The notes under the pieces were generated by a model. It was not told where the DNA came from. It did no database searches and saw only the letters and a program-made list of their open reading frames with translations. Below, in pieces: positions 20,903-30,724 of a stretch of DNA of 64,000 nt. The stretch lies in the NCBI GenBank assembly GCA_028823485.1, contig JAPKBG010000003.1, positions 52,898-116,897 on the forward strand, read 5' to 3'. The first letter of the stretch is position 1. Each line of letters starts with the position of its first letter. The translations under genes and the position numbers were made by a program. Source of the DNA: Methylophilaceae bacterium (GTDB taxonomy: Bacteria; Pseudomonadota; Gammaproteobacteria; Burkholderiales; Methylophilaceae).

Positions 20903-22273
20903 CTATTCAATTGCTTTCGTAATATTTTCAACGACTTTTTTAGCATCGCCGAACACCATCATCGTTTTCTCTAGATAAAACAGCTCATTATCTACGCCCG
21001 CATAACCTGTTGCCATTGACCGCTTGTTAACAATAATCGTTTTTGCTTTATATGCGTCTAAGATTGGCATGCCATATATTGGGCTTTCTGGGTTCTTAAC
21101 GGCAGGGTTCACCACATCGTTTGCACCTATAACAAAAACAACATCCGTTTGTACAAACTCATTATTAATCTCTTCCATTTCTTCCACCTGTTCATAAGGC
21201 ACATCAGCTTCGGCTAATAAGACATTCATATGCCCTGGCATCCTACCTGCAACAGGGTGTATGGCATACTTTACATTTATGCCCTTTTCAATCAATCGAG
21301 ATGCTAGCTCTTGTAGCACAAGCTGTGCACGTGCTACCGCTAGACCATAACCTGGCACAATAATCACCGAATCTGCGTTGGCTAATAAGAAAGCGACATC
21401 CTCAACTGAAACCGCTTTTGCTGTCTTTTCTTCTCCACTGCCTGTGCTAGATGAGACCTCTGCACCAAACCCTCCTAACATCACACTTAGGATTGAGCGG
21501 TTCATTGCTTTACACATGATGTATGACAATATCGCCCCAGAAGATCCAACGCACGCTCCCGCAATGATTAGCACGGAATTGTTAAGAGTAAATCCTATTC
21601 CAGCTGCTGCCCAACCTGAGTAACTATTTAGCATGGAGACGACTACCGGCATATCGGCTCCACCTATTGGAATGATTAAAGTAACACCTAATATCAACGC
21701 CAAACCGCACATCAGTAAGAATAGCGTTTGACTTTGATAAAGGTTAAAGTAAGTCCCGCATGTAACCATCAATATGGCGAGTATTAAATTTAACAAATGC
21801 TGCCCTTTAAACACAACTGGCTTGGCACCGAATCTTCCTGAAAGCTTCCCAAAAGCGACCACTGAAGCCGTAAAGGTAATGGCGCCTATAAATGCACCGA
21901 TAAACAATTCAACTCTTTGTATTGTGCTATGCGCTTCAGCACTATTAAAAACAGCTGCGATGGCAATCAGTAAAGCTGACACACCGACAAAAGAATGCAT
22001 CAACGCGACCAGCTCTGGCATATCGGTCATTTGGACACGTTTTGCAACCGTTATGCCAACAATCGCACCTAAACCAATGGCAGTAAAAATCAGTGAGAAT
22101 ATTAATTGATGCCCAACAAATAGTGTGGTCACGACTGCGAGCCCCATACCTAACATACCTAGCACATTGCCTCGACCAGCACTATTAGGTGAGGAAAGCC
22201 CTTTTAACGACAATATAAAAAGAACAGCAGAGACTAGATAAGCACACGCCGTTATATTAGGATTAATAGGCAT
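20903..22273 (-). CDS. pntB: NAD(P) transhydrogenase beta subunit
   Basis: MPELVALMHS.VG, IGGADMPVVVSMLNSYSG, IHPVAGRMPGHMN, GANDVVNP. Confidence 0.97.
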   Translation of the reverse strand: MPINPNITACAYLVSAVLFILSLKGLSSPNSAGRGNVLGMLGMGLAVVTTLFVGHQLIFSLIFTAIGLGAIVGITVAKRVQMTDMPELVALMHSFVGVSALLIAIAAVFNSAEAHSTIQRVELFIGAFIGAITFTASVVAFGKLSGRFGAKPVVFKGQHLLNLILAILMVTCGTYFNLYQSQTLFLLMCGLALILGVTLIIPIGGADMPVVVSMLNSYSGWAAAGIGFTLNNSVLIIAGACVGSSGAILSYIMCKAMNRSILSVMLGGFGAEVSSSTGSGEEKTAKAVSVEDVAFLLANADSVIIVPGYGLAVARAQLVLQELASRLIEKGINVKYAIHPVAGRMPGHMNVLLAEADVPYEQVEEMEEINNEFVQTDVVFVIGANDVVNPAVKNPESPIYGMPILDAYKAKTIIVNKRSMATGYAGVDNELFYLEKTMMVFGDAKKVVENITKAIE

Positions 22274-22593
22274 TATTTAGGCCCCTTCATCTCTTTTTTA
22301 TCTTTCTTTTTAAACATTTCCAACATTCTGCGTGTCACCATAAATCCACCAAAAATATTAATCGACGTTAGAAAAATAGCAATTGTGCCCAAGATGCTTG
22401 TTAAATTAAAAGCGACGCCTTCTATCTGAACTGTTTGCAGCATCGCGCCAACAATGACAATACCTGAAATCGCGTTTGTAACAGACATCAAAGGAGTGTG
22501 TAATGCAGAGGTAACATTCCATACAATGTGATACCCCACAAAAATTGCTAGCACAAATATAGTCACATTTTGCATTGTTAATAATTCATTCAT
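22273..22593 (-). CDS. pntAB: NAD(P) transhydrogenase alpha subunit, part 2
   Basis: [27 protein letters not shown]. Confidence 0.95.
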   Translation of the reverse strand: MNELLTMQNVTIFVLAIFVGYHIVWNVTSALHTPLMSVTNAISGIVIVGAMLQTVQIEGVAFNLTSILGTIAIFLTSINIFGGFMVTRRMLEMFKKKDKKEMKGPK

Positions 22594-23735
22594 GGTGTTT
22601 CCTTATTCATATTTTTTGAAATATTGCCATTTTCACAGAGCAAACAAGCCTTAACTAATTCATCCTCTTTCGACAAATTCAGCTTTGCATCATCCGTTAC
22701 CATTAATTTCAAAAACTCAAATACATTTTTTGCATAGAGTGATGACGCATCGGCGCTCACTAAGCTGGGTACATTGGTATAGCCAACAAGGGTAACGCCA
22801 TGCTTAACTACAACCTCATTCGCTACTGTCAGCGGGCAGTTCCCCGAGCCGTCTTTGCCCACACCTGCAGCTAAATCCACAACCACAGAGCCTAACTTCA
22901 TGGACTGCACCACTTCAGCACTGAGTAAAACTGGTGGTTCACGTCCAGGGATCAGTGCAGAGGTAATAATAATATCGGATTCTTTTGCGCGTTTAGCTAC
23001 TAGCTCTGCTTGACGTTTCATCCATGACTCAGGCATGGCACGTGCATAACCAGCCTCCCCAGCAGCAATTTTCACTTCCTCTTCCGTCTCGTATGGAACA
23101 TCTAAAAATTTAGCACCTAGTGACTCTATTTGCTCTTTTACAGCAGGCCGTACATCTGAAGCTTCTATAACAGCGCCCATACGTCTTGCTGTTGCAATCG
23201 CCTGCAAACCAGCTACACCAGCCCCTAAAACCAATACTCGTGCAGCCTTCACCGTGCCTGCCGCCGTCATTAACATAGGCATAAAATGTCGATAATAGTG
23301 GCTTGCTAATAAGGCTGACTTGTAGCCGGCAATGTTAGCTTGTGAAGAAAGCACGTCCATGCTTTGTGCTCTAGTGTTCCTCGGCAACAACTCTAAAGAA
23401 AAGGCTGTTAACCCTTGTTTAGACATCGCCTGTAGACTTGTTTGATTAAACGGCTCTAACATCCCTATAATGACAGTACCTGCCTTCATCGCCGTTATTT
23501 CCTTTGGCTCAGGCGTGCGTACTTTTAAAATTAATGAGCATGCAAATACCTCGTTTGCAGTGCCTAATTTTGCCCCTGCCTGAGTGTAAGCCTCATCCAT
23601 AATGTCTGCGCTTAGGCCAGCACCTGTCTGCACAAGCACCTCACAACCTAAACTGACAATCTTTTTAACAACCTCAGGTGTAATGGCAACGCGATATTCA
23701 TATTCACGAATCTCTGTAGGAATCCCAATTTTCAT
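22590..23735 (-). CDS. pntAA: NAD(P) transhydrogenase alpha subunit, part 1
   Basis: [43 protein letters not shown]. Confidence 0.96.
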   Translation of the reverse strand: MKIGIPTEIREYEYRVAITPEVVKKIVSLGCEVLVQTGAGLSADIMDEAYTQAGAKLGTANEVFACSLILKVRTPEPKEITAMKAGTVIIGMLEPFNQTSLQAMSKQGLTAFSLELLPRNTRAQSMDVLSSQANIAGYKSALLASHYYRHFMPMLMTAAGTVKAARVLVLGAGVAGLQAIATARRMGAVIEASDVRPAVKEQIESLGAKFLDVPYETEEEVKIAAGEAGYARAMPESWMKRQAELVAKRAKESDIIITSALIPGREPPVLLSAEVVQSMKLGSVVVDLAAGVGKDGSGNCPLTVANEVVVKHGVTLVGYTNVPSLVSADASSLYAKNVFEFLKLMVTDDAKLNLSKEDELVKACLLCENGNISKNMNKETP

Positions 23736-23756
23736 TTCTAATCCTTAATTTGCTTC

Positions 23757-23900
23757 TTTAAAAATATCAACGATATGCTTCTGCATCCAAGGAACAACGC
23801 CCAACCAAACCTCCATCAATATCTGTATGAGTAAACAAAGCAGCAGCATTGTCTGGATTTAAGCTTCCTTCATATTAAATACGCATATTTGAAGCATTTC
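23757..23900 (-). pseudogene. C-terminal remnant of triosephosphate isomerase
   Basis: [40 protein letters not shown] versus TPI consensus RILYGGSV.P.NA..LF...DIDG.LVGGASL. Confidence 0.8.
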
Positions 23901-24157
23901 GTTATTTTATGTTAGAAAGAGGAAATGAAATAATTAATGATGAATTCAGCATTTAAACAATGGAAAAATATTGAGTGTTTATAAGTTTGGTTAAACTAAA
24001 CTTCTCAGACTATTCAAAATTAATCTTTTAATAAAATTATAAAGTGAGGGGCGTCAATCGAATAAATAATTTAACTTATCGTATATACAAACTTGTTTGA
24101 GTTAATACAAATAACGTTATACAAAAACTTATACAGTTTTACATTATGTACAAGGTA

Positions 24158-24209
24158 CAGCGAATTGAAAATCCGCGTGTCACTGGTTCAGTTCCAGTTC
24201 AGGCCACCA
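24158..24209 (+). repeat. Partial tRNA-Phe copy (attR-like direct repeat)
   Basis: cagcgaattgaaaatccgcgtgtcactggttcagttccagttcaggccacca matches 19325-19376 with 3 mismatches. Confidence 0.93.
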
Positions 24210-24512
24210 ATTAGAATAAAGCTCACAGCGATGTGGGTTTTTTCATTAACAGGGCCGGCTAGCAAGGGCTGGTACTAGAGATAAAGTTTCGCTAAGTTAG
24301 AAATCAAAAGGTCTCATCATGATGGCTGAGGTTAAGGCGAAAATATAACCAAACTGCATAACTGATAATTTCGGATGGAAAGCGATGTTGTTTGTAAGTT
24401 CTGATAGCTGAGTTATCTAACATCTGATATTAACTTGTCAGCACCAGTCAACCATAAGTTTAAACATCTCAATATAATTGACCTGAATGCATTTATTAGA
24501 GATGATTGGTTG

Positions 24513-25502
24513 ATGCAGAGAATTGCGATTATTGGCGCGGGCTTATCAGGCGTTACCTTAGCCAACAGTTTAAAAGAACATTTTAAAATAAGCCTATTTG
24601 AGAAGTCGTACTCACCGGGTGGAAGAATTGCATCACGTAATGTTGAGCCATACTCATTTGATCATGGCGCGCAATATTTTAAAGTGAAATCTAAAGCGTT
24701 TCAAGATTTAATTAACCCCCTTTTATCAGAAAATGTGGTCGCACCTTGGCAGGCTCGATTTGTCGAGATGTGTAATCAAGGTATTACCAAGCAAACACTG
24801 TGGGATGATAAACACCCTCATTATGTTGGCGTACCTAATAACCGTGCCTTTGTAGAACACCTAAGCCGTGGATTATCGATAACGCTTCATTCTCGTGTAG
24901 TTGAGATGAAAAAGGTTAATCAGCAGTGGGCGCTAAAAGCTGAAGGTGACGCTCCCTTAGGCTTGTTTGACTGGGTGGTTTGTGCCATGCCAGTACCACA
25001 AACACAGGCTTTGCTAGCAAAGGCCAATCTCAAATATAACGCTATATCTGATATCAAGATGCAGGCTTGCTATGCTTTGATGTTAGGTTTTGAGGATAAA
25101 ATGGATTTAGGCTTTGATGCGGCAATGGTAAAAGATGAAACCATTAGCTGGATCTCGAATAACAGCAGCAAGCCAATGCGAGAAAAAGGCTTTAATCTTT
25201 TAATCAACTCGACTAATGACTGGGCAGATACGCACTTTAACCAAAACGATGATTGGGTAATTGAGGGAATGAAGTCAACTGTGAGCAATATTATTAATCA
25301 AGATCTATCAAACCCACAATTCTGTGCACTAAAACGTTGGAAATACGCCAACTGCAAAAGACAGGATGAGCAGCCATATTTAATAGATAATACCAATAAG
25401 ATTGGGTTATGTGGTGATTGGTTTATGGGCGGCAGAATCGAATCTGCTTTTAAGAGCGGTCATCAGTTAGCATTGGCGATGCTGAAAAATGCACATGTAT
25501 AA
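24513..25502 (+). CDS. Renalase-like NAD(P)/FAD-dependent oxidoreductase
   Basis: IAIIGAGLSG, FEKS...GGR, FDHGAQYF, RWKYA, CGDW..GGRIESAF.SG. Confidence 0.88.
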   Translation: MQRIAIIGAGLSGVTLANSLKEHFKISLFEKSYSPGGRIASRNVEPYSFDHGAQYFKVKSKAFQDLINPLLSENVVAPWQARFVEMCNQGITKQTLWDDKHPHYVGVPNNRAFVEHLSRGLSITLHSRVVEMKKVNQQWALKAEGDAPLGLFDWVVCAMPVPQTQALLAKANLKYNAISDIKMQACYALMLGFEDKMDLGFDAAMVKDETISWISNNSSKPMREKGFNLLINSTNDWADTHFNQNDDWVIEGMKSTVSNIINQDLSNPQFCALKRWKYANCKRQDEQPYLIDNTNKIGLCGDWFMGGRIESAFKSGHQLALAMLKNAHV

Positions 25503-26214
25503 ATCAGTTGTCATCGTTGGCAGTAATGGCGGCATTGGGTCTGGACTCATTCATGAAATTCATCGTCAAATGCCTGACGTGATTATCCATGCGCTTGCCA
25601 GAAAAAAAATAAACACCCCACTTACTAACGTGATTGATTATTGTGTTGATTTTGAGCAAGAGTCAGCAATAGCAGAAGTGCGTGACCAAATTATTGCGCA
25701 TGGTGCTATTGATTGCATGATTGTTGCAACAGGCATATTACATAATGCATCGGTCAAACCTGAAAAAACACTAAGGCAGTTAAACTATCAACAATTACAA
25801 ACTATTTTTGCAACCAATACGTTTTTACCAGTCATCATTGCCAAACATTTTATTCCGCATCTATCACAAGAGATTAACTCTGTCTTTTGTGTATTATCTG
25901 CTAGGGTTGGCAGTATCAGCGATAACCATCTTGGCGGGTGGTATGCCTATCGCGCCTCAAAAGCCGCTTTAAATATGTTGATTAAAACAGCTTCAATTGA
26001 AACGGCTCGCACCAACAAAAAAGCTATTATCGCTGGCTTACATCCTGGTACTGTTGAAACGAGATTATCGCAGCCATTTTTAGCGCGTGTCGATCAAGAC
26101 AAATACTTCAGCACAGAAAAAGCCGCCAAGCAATTATTACAAGTGATCAGCAAACTAAACATTGACGATACAGGCCTAGTATTTGATTGGAAAGGTGAGC
26201 AAGTAGAGCCCTGA
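25489..26214 (+). CDS. Short-chain dehydrogenase, CsgA/C-factor-like
   Basis: GSNGGIG, PEKTL, SARVGSISDN.LGGWYAYRASKAALN, LHPGTV.T.LS.PF. Confidence 0.9.
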   Translation: MHMYKSVVIVGSNGGIGSGLIHEIHRQMPDVIIHALARKKINTPLTNVIDYCVDFEQESAIAEVRDQIIAHGAIDCMIVATGILHNASVKPEKTLRQLNYQQLQTIFATNTFLPVIIAKHFIPHLSQEINSVFCVLSARVGSISDNHLGGWYAYRASKAALNMLIKTASIETARTNKKAIIAGLHPGTVETRLSQPFLARVDQDKYFSTEKAAKQLLQVISKLNIDDTGLVFDWKGEQVEP

Positions 26215-26391
26215 CAAAAACAAAGCGCCTATTTATATGCCGCTTTTGAAAAATGATCTTAGGATAGTTTGGTTTTGTATCAACGGAACTAAAATCAGCT
26301 AACGGAGGCAAACATGCCTTAGCTTGAATGGTTTACTCAATTCAGTGAAACATTCATGGTAGCCAAAAGCTAGTTTAAAGGAGTTGTTAGG

Positions 26392-26760
26392 ATGCGTTTT
26401 ATAATCGTATTATTCAGTTTGAGTTTGACTTGTTTAGCCGTGGCAAACACACCTTCCACTCAATTGAGCGCTGAAAAGCCGAGCGCTAAACAGGTGGATA
26501 TACAGACCTTGGCTTTACAAAAGCAATATTTGCAAACGATTGATTGCAGGGGTGCCGATCAGTTAATAAGCATACTAAAGAAGTCATTAGATCAGACAGA
26601 AGATTTATCAGCTAAAGGCCACATTGCCAGCGTTTTTGAAGAGGTGGTGATGAACAACCCTTCATGCTTTATACAGGCGTCCAATGCTTTGCCAGTTAAA
26701 GTGTGTGATCAAGTAGAAGCACAGTTTATTCACGAAACTTTTTTTCTATCCACGCGCTGA
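26392..26760 (+). CDS. Secreted hypothetical protein, 3' end possibly frameshifted
   Basis: Signal peptide, SD aaggag; T run near 26739-26745 just before the stop. Confidence 0.6.
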   Translation: MRFIIVLFSLSLTCLAVANTPSTQLSAEKPSAKQVDIQTLALQKQYLQTIDCRGADQLISILKKSLDQTEDLSAKGHIASVFEEVVMNNPSCFIQASNALPVKVCDQVEAQFIHETFFLSTR

Positions 26761-26821
26761 AATAAAACAATCGTTGTCAGAGGCTAATAACTATCCTAAT
26801 GGTTGTCTGGCTAGTAAACAG

Positions 26822-27055
26822 CTAGACCCAGCCTTGTAGCCATTTATCTTTTTCATTAAGTAGTTGCCATTTGAGTGTTTGTTTGCGCTTTGTCATGATG
26901 GCTTCTAGCTCAATTATTTCAATTGGTTGATTCTCATCTTCTGGCAACACTAGTTTTGTCACCATAAAATGTTTTTCTTTATTGCTGGGGGTGACAGCAG
27001 TCCATTTACTGTTCAATAGCTTTTTGGGATTCACAATATGTTTAGCTGATTTCAT
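26822..27055 (-). CDS. Trp-rich small protein (TIGR02450-like)
   Basis: NPKKLLNSKWTAV.P.NKEKHF.V, W..L.....W.QGW. Confidence 0.88.
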   Translation of the reverse strand: MKSAKHIVNPKKLLNSKWTAVTPSNKEKHFMVTKLVLPEDENQPIEIIELEAIMTKRKQTLKWQLLNEKDKWLQGWV

Positions 27056-27086
27056 CTAGAGCGACTTAATAAGATTTTGCTTAACT

Positions 27087-27494
27087 TTATTCAGCATCTG
27101 GATATTTGTACCTAGCTAATTTCAGCATTGTTGGACCAATCGTTTTAGATATTTGATGTCTGAATTTTGCAAAAAAACGGTAAAACAGTGCGTAAAATTG
27201 TTGAAATAGTGTAAACGAAAATAGCCATTTCATTGCCGTTAAATCGGAACGTTTATAAGCTTCTGCGAATACCACCGGTCCTTTAATTACTTGTCCAGTT
27301 GCTAATTTGGCATGGATTACTTTTAAGGCAAGATCACAGTTAATGCCCTCCTCTACGCCGACACCTTCTTGGACATTGATAAATTTTAGTAGATGGCGAC
27401 GGTTATTATTTTGTAATACATGGATTTCTGCTAAGCAGAGCGGGCAGTTGCCATCGTAAAAAATGCTTAGCTGTTCTAACGCAATATCTGTCAT
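27087..27494 (-). CDS. DCC/DUF393 thiol-disulfide oxidoreductase family
   Basis: IFYDGNCPLCLAEI, Y.FFAKFR..IS. Confidence 0.87.
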   Translation of the reverse strand: MTDIALEQLSIFYDGNCPLCLAEIHVLQNNNRRHLLKFINVQEGVGVEEGINCDLALKVIHAKLATGQVIKGPVVFAEAYKRSDLTAMKWLFSFTLFQQFYALFYRFFAKFRHQISKTIGPTMLKLARYKYPDAE

Positions 27495-27530
27495 TACTTT
27501 GGGACTTCATATTGTAAAGATAGTTGCGCA

Positions 27531-28787
27531 CTAACCACGGTGTCTAATCATTTTCTTCTTGTTTGAAGCCCCAATGAAATCATGTGATGCTACTTTCCAA
27601 AACTTTGAAAAGCTTGTGATTTGTTCTGATGTAAATGTGTTGGTGCATACTTTTTGTTCTGGCTGCCAAGTGACTGGATACTCGGCTACTAATTGTTTAA
27701 GTTGTTGGTTTGGCGTGTCTTGCGTGATGATATGTTGTGTTTTTAAATGCTTAAAAACGGCACTTGTTTGTCCTATCCAAACTGTTACATTTGGCATTTC
27801 GATTAAGCAGTCGGCGATAAAGTGTAAGCGATTGATTGACCAGTCTTGATAAAAATATGGGTCAAAAATAAAGACTTTTTCATGCGTTAGTTGTAATAAA
27901 TCGTGTTCATTATTGAGCATTTCATCATGGATCCAAACCAATATCTTGTCACCTAATTCACTGCTAGCATGCGGCTGTTCAATAGGAATGTGTTCTCGAG
28001 CAAGTTGTTGGCTTGGTTTAAATAATTGTTGTTCAAGGTTGGTGTAACTGTCTCTAAAGGGGCATTTCTCTTCACATGAATCGCAGTGTTTATTTTTCGT
28101 ATATTTGGCTAAATTTTCTTGATTAAAAAAATAGGGTTTGCGGCTAAAGGTTGAGCTGACCCACTGCCAAGAAAGATGATTGCTGGCATAGTCACCATCC
28201 AATAGTTGGTCATGCATCCATTGTGCCCCCTGTTGCCAATCAGTATGTCGCCAATGTACTGTGTAAGCAGCTAACCACATACGCGCGTGATTATGTAGGT
28301 AACCTTCTTCCAAAAGCTGGGAAGCAAAATGGTCAATACAAGGCAGTCCTGTAGATGCGGTTTGCAGGTCAGTTGGTAAATCACCATAGGCTAAGACAAC
28401 TTGAGGGGGCTGCATGTCGACCATGATAGCGTCGCCATGGGCATACCACACGGTTCGCCAGTATTCACGCCAGGCAAATTCATTTAGTAGTTTTTCAGCA
28501 GATTGGCCAAATTGCGTACGTACCTTTTCGACTGCTTCAGGAAGACTAATACAACCATGTCTAAAATAAGGAGACAGATGCGTCACCGCACCATCAGTAA
28601 AGTTTCTGGTTTTGCCATAAGCTTCGCCATTCACGGCATTGAGTTTCTCGAGGCCTCGCGTTCTACCACCTTGAAAATCTGCTGATAGTGATTGCTTTTC
28701 GCTTTTATCATCTTGCGCAAACCAGTAATTGATTGCTTTAACGCGCGCTTGGCGGTCATTCGGGATATCCCATTGCGTGATGTTCAT
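27531..28787 (-). CDS. Photolyase-family protein with N-terminal FAD domain (inverted order)
   Basis: YGKTRNF.DGAVT.LSPY.RHG, GYLHNHARMWLA, LLDGD.ASN.LSWQW in first 210 aa; C-terminal VWIHDE...FIFDP...SFSKFW domain. Confidence 0.82.
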   Translation of the reverse strand: MNITQWDIPNDRQARVKAINYWFAQDDKSEKQSLSADFQGGRTRGLEKLNAVNGEAYGKTRNFTDGAVTHLSPYFRHGCISLPEAVEKVRTQFGQSAEKLLNEFAWREYWRTVWYAHGDAIMVDMQPPQVVLAYGDLPTDLQTASTGLPCIDHFASQLLEEGYLHNHARMWLAAYTVHWRHTDWQQGAQWMHDQLLDGDYASNHLSWQWVSSTFSRKPYFFNQENLAKYTKNKHCDSCEEKCPFRDSYTNLEQQLFKPSQQLAREHIPIEQPHASSELGDKILVWIHDEMLNNEHDLLQLTHEKVFIFDPYFYQDWSINRLHFIADCLIEMPNVTVWIGQTSAVFKHLKTQHIITQDTPNQQLKQLVAEYPVTWQPEQKVCTNTFTSEQITSFSKFWKVASHDFIGASNKKKMIRHRG

Positions 28788-28826
28788 CTGGTTTATTTAG
28801 TTGTTTATCTATTAATTAAAGCTTAT

Positions 28827-30389
28827 TTAAAAAAGTGAAGTTTGCTTAGATGATATTGAGACTTTCTTTTTTGCTTTTTGTTTGTTTTTTTTATGTGATC
28901 TGGAGCCATGTTTTAGTAATACCTTTTCCGTTTCATTTTGATTGCTATTCGGTTGGCTTTTATTATTTTTTCTAGCGATTGATATGTTAGCTTTAGCCTG
29001 CTTTGTTGCTTGTTGAATATCAACTAACGGCAATGGATAGTCTTTATCTAAAATACAGCCATACTGTCGTTGTAGTGAAGTTGGCATGAGATGCGGTTCA
29101 AATATCCAGCTGTCTGGCACACCTTTTAGCGCTGGTATCCAATGTCTTACAAAGGCACCTTTAGGGTCTTGATCACGTGCTTGTTTAATAGGGTTATAAA
29201 TACGTAAAGTATTAATGCCTGTAGAGCCGGATTGCATTTGAACCTGAGACCAATGGATGCCTGGTTCGTAATCTATAAATTCTCTGGCTAGATGTAGGCC
29301 TGTTTCACGCCAATGTAGCCATAGTAAATAGGAAGCTGAACTCATTAGCATGGCGCGCATTCTAAAATTAACCCAACCTGTTTGTCGCAGCATAGCAAGG
29401 CAAGCGTCTACCAGAGGCCATCCAGTTTCACCTTTGCACCATGCAGCCAGACGTTGCCTAGACTTATCATCTGCATAGCCTTCATCTCGTAAGTCATTGT
29501 GCGCACTATGCATGTGCTGGTGTTCAAGTGTTGGTTCACTTTCTAGCTTTTGCATAAAATGGCAATGCCAGTGCAACCGACTTTCGAAACTTCTAAGACC
29601 TAAGGTGAGTGGGTGTTTAGCAATGAAGCCTTCTGCTCGGTTGTTTAAAACCGTGTTGCGACATGCTTGCACGACCTCTCTGACTGAAATGCATCCCCAT
29701 GCGAGATAAGGAGATAAGCGAGAGCTAGCCTCGCTGGCTTTGATTGGGCTAGAAATGCCACCACGATAACGACTTGAACGATGCGTTAGAAAGCTATTTA
29801 ACAATGAAAGCGCCTCCTCCCTGCCACCAATTTGACGTTGTGGTTTATCCTCACCACGTGCTTTACTGATGAGTTGTTTTGGTAGAGCAATGACTGGATG
29901 CTGATGGTTGGTTGTCGATAAGTTTTGCTGCGCAGCACGCATATGCAGTTCCCAATTTGCATGCCATTCATTACGGTTTTTTAAACGCCGTACCACACCA
30001 TTTTGAGCATATTCATGCCATGGTATGCGATGCTTTTCACACCATTTTTTGACAGACTTATCGATGCTATAACTGATTAAGTTACCTGTTTCCTCATGGC
30101 TATGTATGGTTGCGATGGATTGTTGTTTTGATATGGCAATAAGTGTGTCAATAATACCCATTGAAGAAATATCTAAACGAATACCTATTTTTTCTAAAGC
30201 GTGTCTGAGAGACCTAAGACACTCTCCAACAAAGGCTTGTTGGGAGAGAGAGGCATCATCAGCATGCCACATGCCAGGTTCCCAGCAATATAACGCTATT
30301 ATGGGGCCTTGTTTGATTGCGCTTGAGAGCGCCGCCTGATCATGAATACGTAAATCACGTTTAAACCAAACAATATTAATCGGAAGCAT
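28827..30389 (-). CDS. Cryptochrome/deoxyribodipyrimidine photolyase family protein
   Basis: VWFKRDLRIHD, SRLSPYLAWG, SRLHWHCHFMQKLE, GWVNFRMRAM, DYEPGIHW.Q.QMQSG, RIYNP.KQ. Confidence 0.93.
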   Translation of the reverse strand: MLPINIVWFKRDLRIHDQAALSSAIKQGPIIALYCWEPGMWHADDASLSQQAFVGECLRSLRHALEKIGIRLDISSMGIIDTLIAISKQQSIATIHSHEETGNLISYSIDKSVKKWCEKHRIPWHEYAQNGVVRRLKNRNEWHANWELHMRAAQQNLSTTNHQHPVIALPKQLISKARGEDKPQRQIGGREEALSLLNSFLTHRSSRYRGGISSPIKASEASSRLSPYLAWGCISVREVVQACRNTVLNNRAEGFIAKHPLTLGLRSFESRLHWHCHFMQKLESEPTLEHQHMHSAHNDLRDEGYADDKSRQRLAAWCKGETGWPLVDACLAMLRQTGWVNFRMRAMLMSSASYLLWLHWRETGLHLAREFIDYEPGIHWSQVQMQSGSTGINTLRIYNPIKQARDQDPKGAFVRHWIPALKGVPDSWIFEPHLMPTSLQRQYGCILDKDYPLPLVDIQQATKQAKANISIARKNNKSQPNSNQNETEKVLLKHGSRSHKKNKQKAKKKVSISSKQTSLF

Positions 30390-30724
30390 CAGTCAGAACA
30401 GCCGTTAAATAAATAGGAGGGTCCTTAATAGGACATGGTTCCCAATAAAATTGGTTTTGCATTATTATTGTCGTCTTAACATTTTTTTAATTCTCTATTA
30501 TCACCTTAACTTTATAGCCTGTTCTAAGACTTTCATTTTTTAAATGCAATGAGGGTTAAGTTATTAGTAAGTTAATTTAATAATATTAAGAGGCTTTCGG
30601 AAGGCTGACCGCGATGTTGGCTTTTTCCATTTATACCTCTGGCTAGCACCGGGCTAGCACTAGCCGTTAAACTTCATATAACTTCAACACTCAAACATAT
30701 TCAGTATTTATGTGGCTTCCGAAC

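Larger units (their letters stand above)
19377..24209. mobile_element. Integrase-less genomic islet at tRNA-Phe (DUF2490, pnt genes, remnants)
   Basis: Bounded by tRNA-Phe and a 52-bp copy of its 3' part at 24158-24209; AT-rich spacers. Confidence 0.8.

Noticed and set aside
24093..24278. 61-aa ORF, or a second tRNA-Phe gene
   Set aside because: Overlaps the att repeat, which lacks the 5' acceptor strand and D arm, so neither a gene nor a functional tRNA
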